Positions 62,382 to 64,000 of a DNA stretch of 64,000 bases are shown here, one piece after another. The stretch covers positions 132,266-196,265 of the forward strand of contig CAIVDU010000031.1 in the NCBI GenBank assembly GCA_903904815.1. The letters are read 5' to 3'. The notes below the pieces were generated by a model. That model did not search any database, had not been told where the DNA came from, and saw only the letters and a program-made list of their open reading frames with translations. A program made the position numbers and the translations under genes. Origin of the DNA: an uncultured Armatimonadetes bacterium. Its GTDB lineage: Bacteria > Armatimonadota > Fimbriimonadia > Fimbriimonadales > Fimbriimonadaceae. How positions within the stretch are numbered: the first letter of the stretch is position 1; each line of letters starts with the position of its first letter.

Positions 62382-64000
62382 TTAGTGCCCTCCGTTTCCG
62401 AAGATCGGATCCTTCACACCCGAAAGACTGAGCGTGCCGGTAGGTTGAGTGTCCAGAACGATGACCTCGTTTCGACCCTTGTGAAGCCATGGCGCGGGCA
62501 GGAAGAGAGAGCGCTGAGGACCGATGCCCCAGAATCGGCCAAGGTTGTGCCCGTTGACCCAGACGTTTCCGTGTCCCCACCCCCGAAGGTCAAGGTTGGT
62601 GTCGGCGACCTCACGAAGATTGAACGTCCCTCGGTAAAGCGTCGGGGTGTGGGCAGCCGATCCGAGAAGGTAGCGGTAGCTGCCTGGGTGATCGAACGGC
62701 AGGCGGAACATCTCCCAGCCGATCAACTCGCGTCCCGCCAGGGTCGCTCCGGCGATCCCTTTATGCTCATTGACGAGGGCGTGGGAATAGTTGATTCGTC
62801 CCTGGTTCTCGACCAGGATATCCAGTGTCGCACCCTCCGGCACATCAACCGTGAGTCGATTCTGGCCGAGACGACGCTCGATCACTCCGGCAGCGATTCC
62901 ATTGACGTATACCTGGGCTCGATCCTGCAACCCTTGGAGTTTGAGTTCGGCCGAGTAGGCCGCCGCCGGACGAGTTCGATACAGGACGAAGCCGTAACCC
63001 TGTCCCAGGGCCTCCATCGTCAGCGGCTTGTCAGCCTTGATTGGCTTCGGCAATTGGTCGAAGACCGATGCGGTGTCAGTCAGTTCAAACTTGTCCACGA
63101 CTGTGCTTGGCGGATCAATTGGTATCGGGGGCAGTTCGGTACCTGCCGGAAGATGGGCGGCTATGGCCTCACGGAACGCCCGGTACTTGGGGGTGATTCG
63201 ACCCTGCTCGGAAACCGGGGAATCGTAGTCGTAGCTGGTGGTGTCAGGTTCGAAGTCCTTGCCGCCGGAGTTCGCGCCGTTCATCCATCCGAAGCTGGTG
63301 CCGCCGTCGAACATATAGAGGCTGAAGGAGATGTTCCGATCCAGCATCCAGGTGAGATCGGCCGTCTGCTGGGGTACCGACGTGGTGTGGTGCTCTTCGC
63401 CCCAGTGGTCGAACCAACCGCACCAAAATTCACCGTTCATGCGGGGCGAGTTCGGACGAAACTTGGCGAGATTCGCAAATTGTCCTTCTGCACCCCCACC
63501 GAAGTTGATGGCGGCGGGAAGCTCGGGGAGCGTGCCACCGCCGAGCATCGAGTTAGAGGCTCCGTCCGCCGTGTAAAGTTGGCCGTCGAAGCCCGCTTCA
63601 CGGAGCGTGTCTCGAATGCGGCCCATGTAGGCGTGATCTTTTCCGAATGAGCCGTACTCGTTCTCAACCTGCACCATGAGAATCGGACCGCCATGCCCTA
63701 CCTGAAGAGGAGCTAAGCGCTTGCCGAGTTCCTTCAGGTAGCGCTCCGCCTTTTCCATGAAGGGAGGCGTGAATGAGCGGACTTCCATTCCGGGAATGTG
63801 GGCCAGCCACCAAGGGTAGCCGCCCCATTCCCATTCTGCGCAAACGTATGGGCCGGGACGCAGGATGACGTACAGGCCTTCCTCACCCGCCTCTTTCACG
63901 AACTCGGCGACGTCTGAATTGCCGGAGAAGTCAAACTGGCCAGGCTTCGGCTCGTGGACGTTCCAGAACACGTAAGTCGTGATCGCATTGAGGCCAAGTG
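62382..64000 (-). CDS. Beta-galactosidase, GH35 (N-terminus outside window)
   Basis: FWNVHEPKPGQFDFSG, LRPGPYVCAEWEWGGYPWWL and GPILMVQVENEYG (acid/base Glu motif) are present. The frame stays open to the window edge. Confidence 0.85.
   Translation of the reverse strand, partial: LGLNAITTYVFWNVHEPKPGQFDFSGNSDVAEFVKEAGEEGLYVILRPGPYVCAEWEWGGYPWWLAHIPGMEVRSFTPPFMEKAERYLKELGKRLAPLQVGHGGPILMVQVENEYGSFGKDHAYMGRIRDTLREAGFDGQLYTADGASNSMLGGGTLPELPAAINFGGGAEGQFANLAKFRPNSPRMNGEFWCGWFDHWGEEHHTTSVPQQTADLTWMLDRNISFSLYMFDGGTSFGWMNGANSGGKDFEPDTTSYDYDSPVSEQGRITPKYRAFREAIAAHLPAGTELPPIPIDPPSTVVDKFELTDTASVFDQLPKPIKADKPLTMEALGQGYGFVLYRTRPAAAYSAELKLQGLQDRAQVYVNGIAAGVIERRLGQNRLTVDVPEGATLDILVENQGRINYSHALVNEHKGIAGATLAGRELIGWEMFRLPFDHPGSYRYLLGSAAHTPTLYRGTFNLREVADTNLDLRGWGHGNVWVNGHNLGRFWGIGPQRSLFLPAPWLHKGRNEVIVLDTQPTGTLSLSGVKDPIFGNGGH

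Noticed and set aside
1-64000. A scan of the whole window for CRISPR arrays, IS elements or transposases, integrases, and rRNA or tRNA genes.
   Set aside because: I found no regularly spaced direct repeats, no transposase- or integrase-like translations in the ORF track, and no intergenic region with a cloverleaf-like tRNA sequence. Intergenic regions are short and mostly hold single hairpins. A tRNA or ncRNA scanner would be needed to confirm this.

Overview
This is a 64-kb chromosomal segment from a bacterium with GC content in the high 50s percent (judged by eye). TolC, a PilQ secretin and lipoproteins indicate a diderm. Standalone PSCyt1-type cytochrome c domains and non-canonical pilin-like leaders hint at an Armatimonadota- or PVC-like lineage, but that is inference only. 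I support about 65 protein-coding genes. I recognised no rRNA, tRNA, CRISPR array, transposase or integrase.

Content by group:
- Housekeeping operons: accB-like / pilin-like ORF / accC / nusB / folD, and pyrR-pyrB-pyrC. Single genes include rluE, rimO, maf, msrA, cutC, xylA and rbsK.
- Type IV pilus assembly: a translationally coupled exeA-like-pilM-pilN-pilO-pilP-like-pilQ block.
- Molybdenum cofactor genes: two mobA paralogs and moeA.
- Signalling: a PepSY/OmpR-type regulator/histidine kinase module and an orphan chemoreceptor.
- Sugar modification: a DegT / FemAB-like GNAT / GT2 operon.
- Glycoside hydrolases: GH78 at the left end, and GH89, GH20-PA14 and GH35 at the right end.
- Three tandem compact S53 (sedolisin-like) peptidase genes.

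Observations most worth a second look:
1. The BCCP encoded directly upstream of accC lacks the biotinyl-lysine (AMKM is replaced by ALGI).
2. A pilin-like ORF with a Cys/His-rich tail is translationally wedged between that gene and accC.
3. The S53 genes form a tandem triplet with unusually short, uncharged N-termini.
4. A secreted protein has a mature region that is about one third methionine.
5. Two standalone PSCyt1-type monohaem cytochromes sit in tandem.
6. One of the two mobA paralogs has lost key motif residues and lies beside an atypical response regulator.

All functional calls come from motif recognition by eye on the supplied translations. No database search was run.
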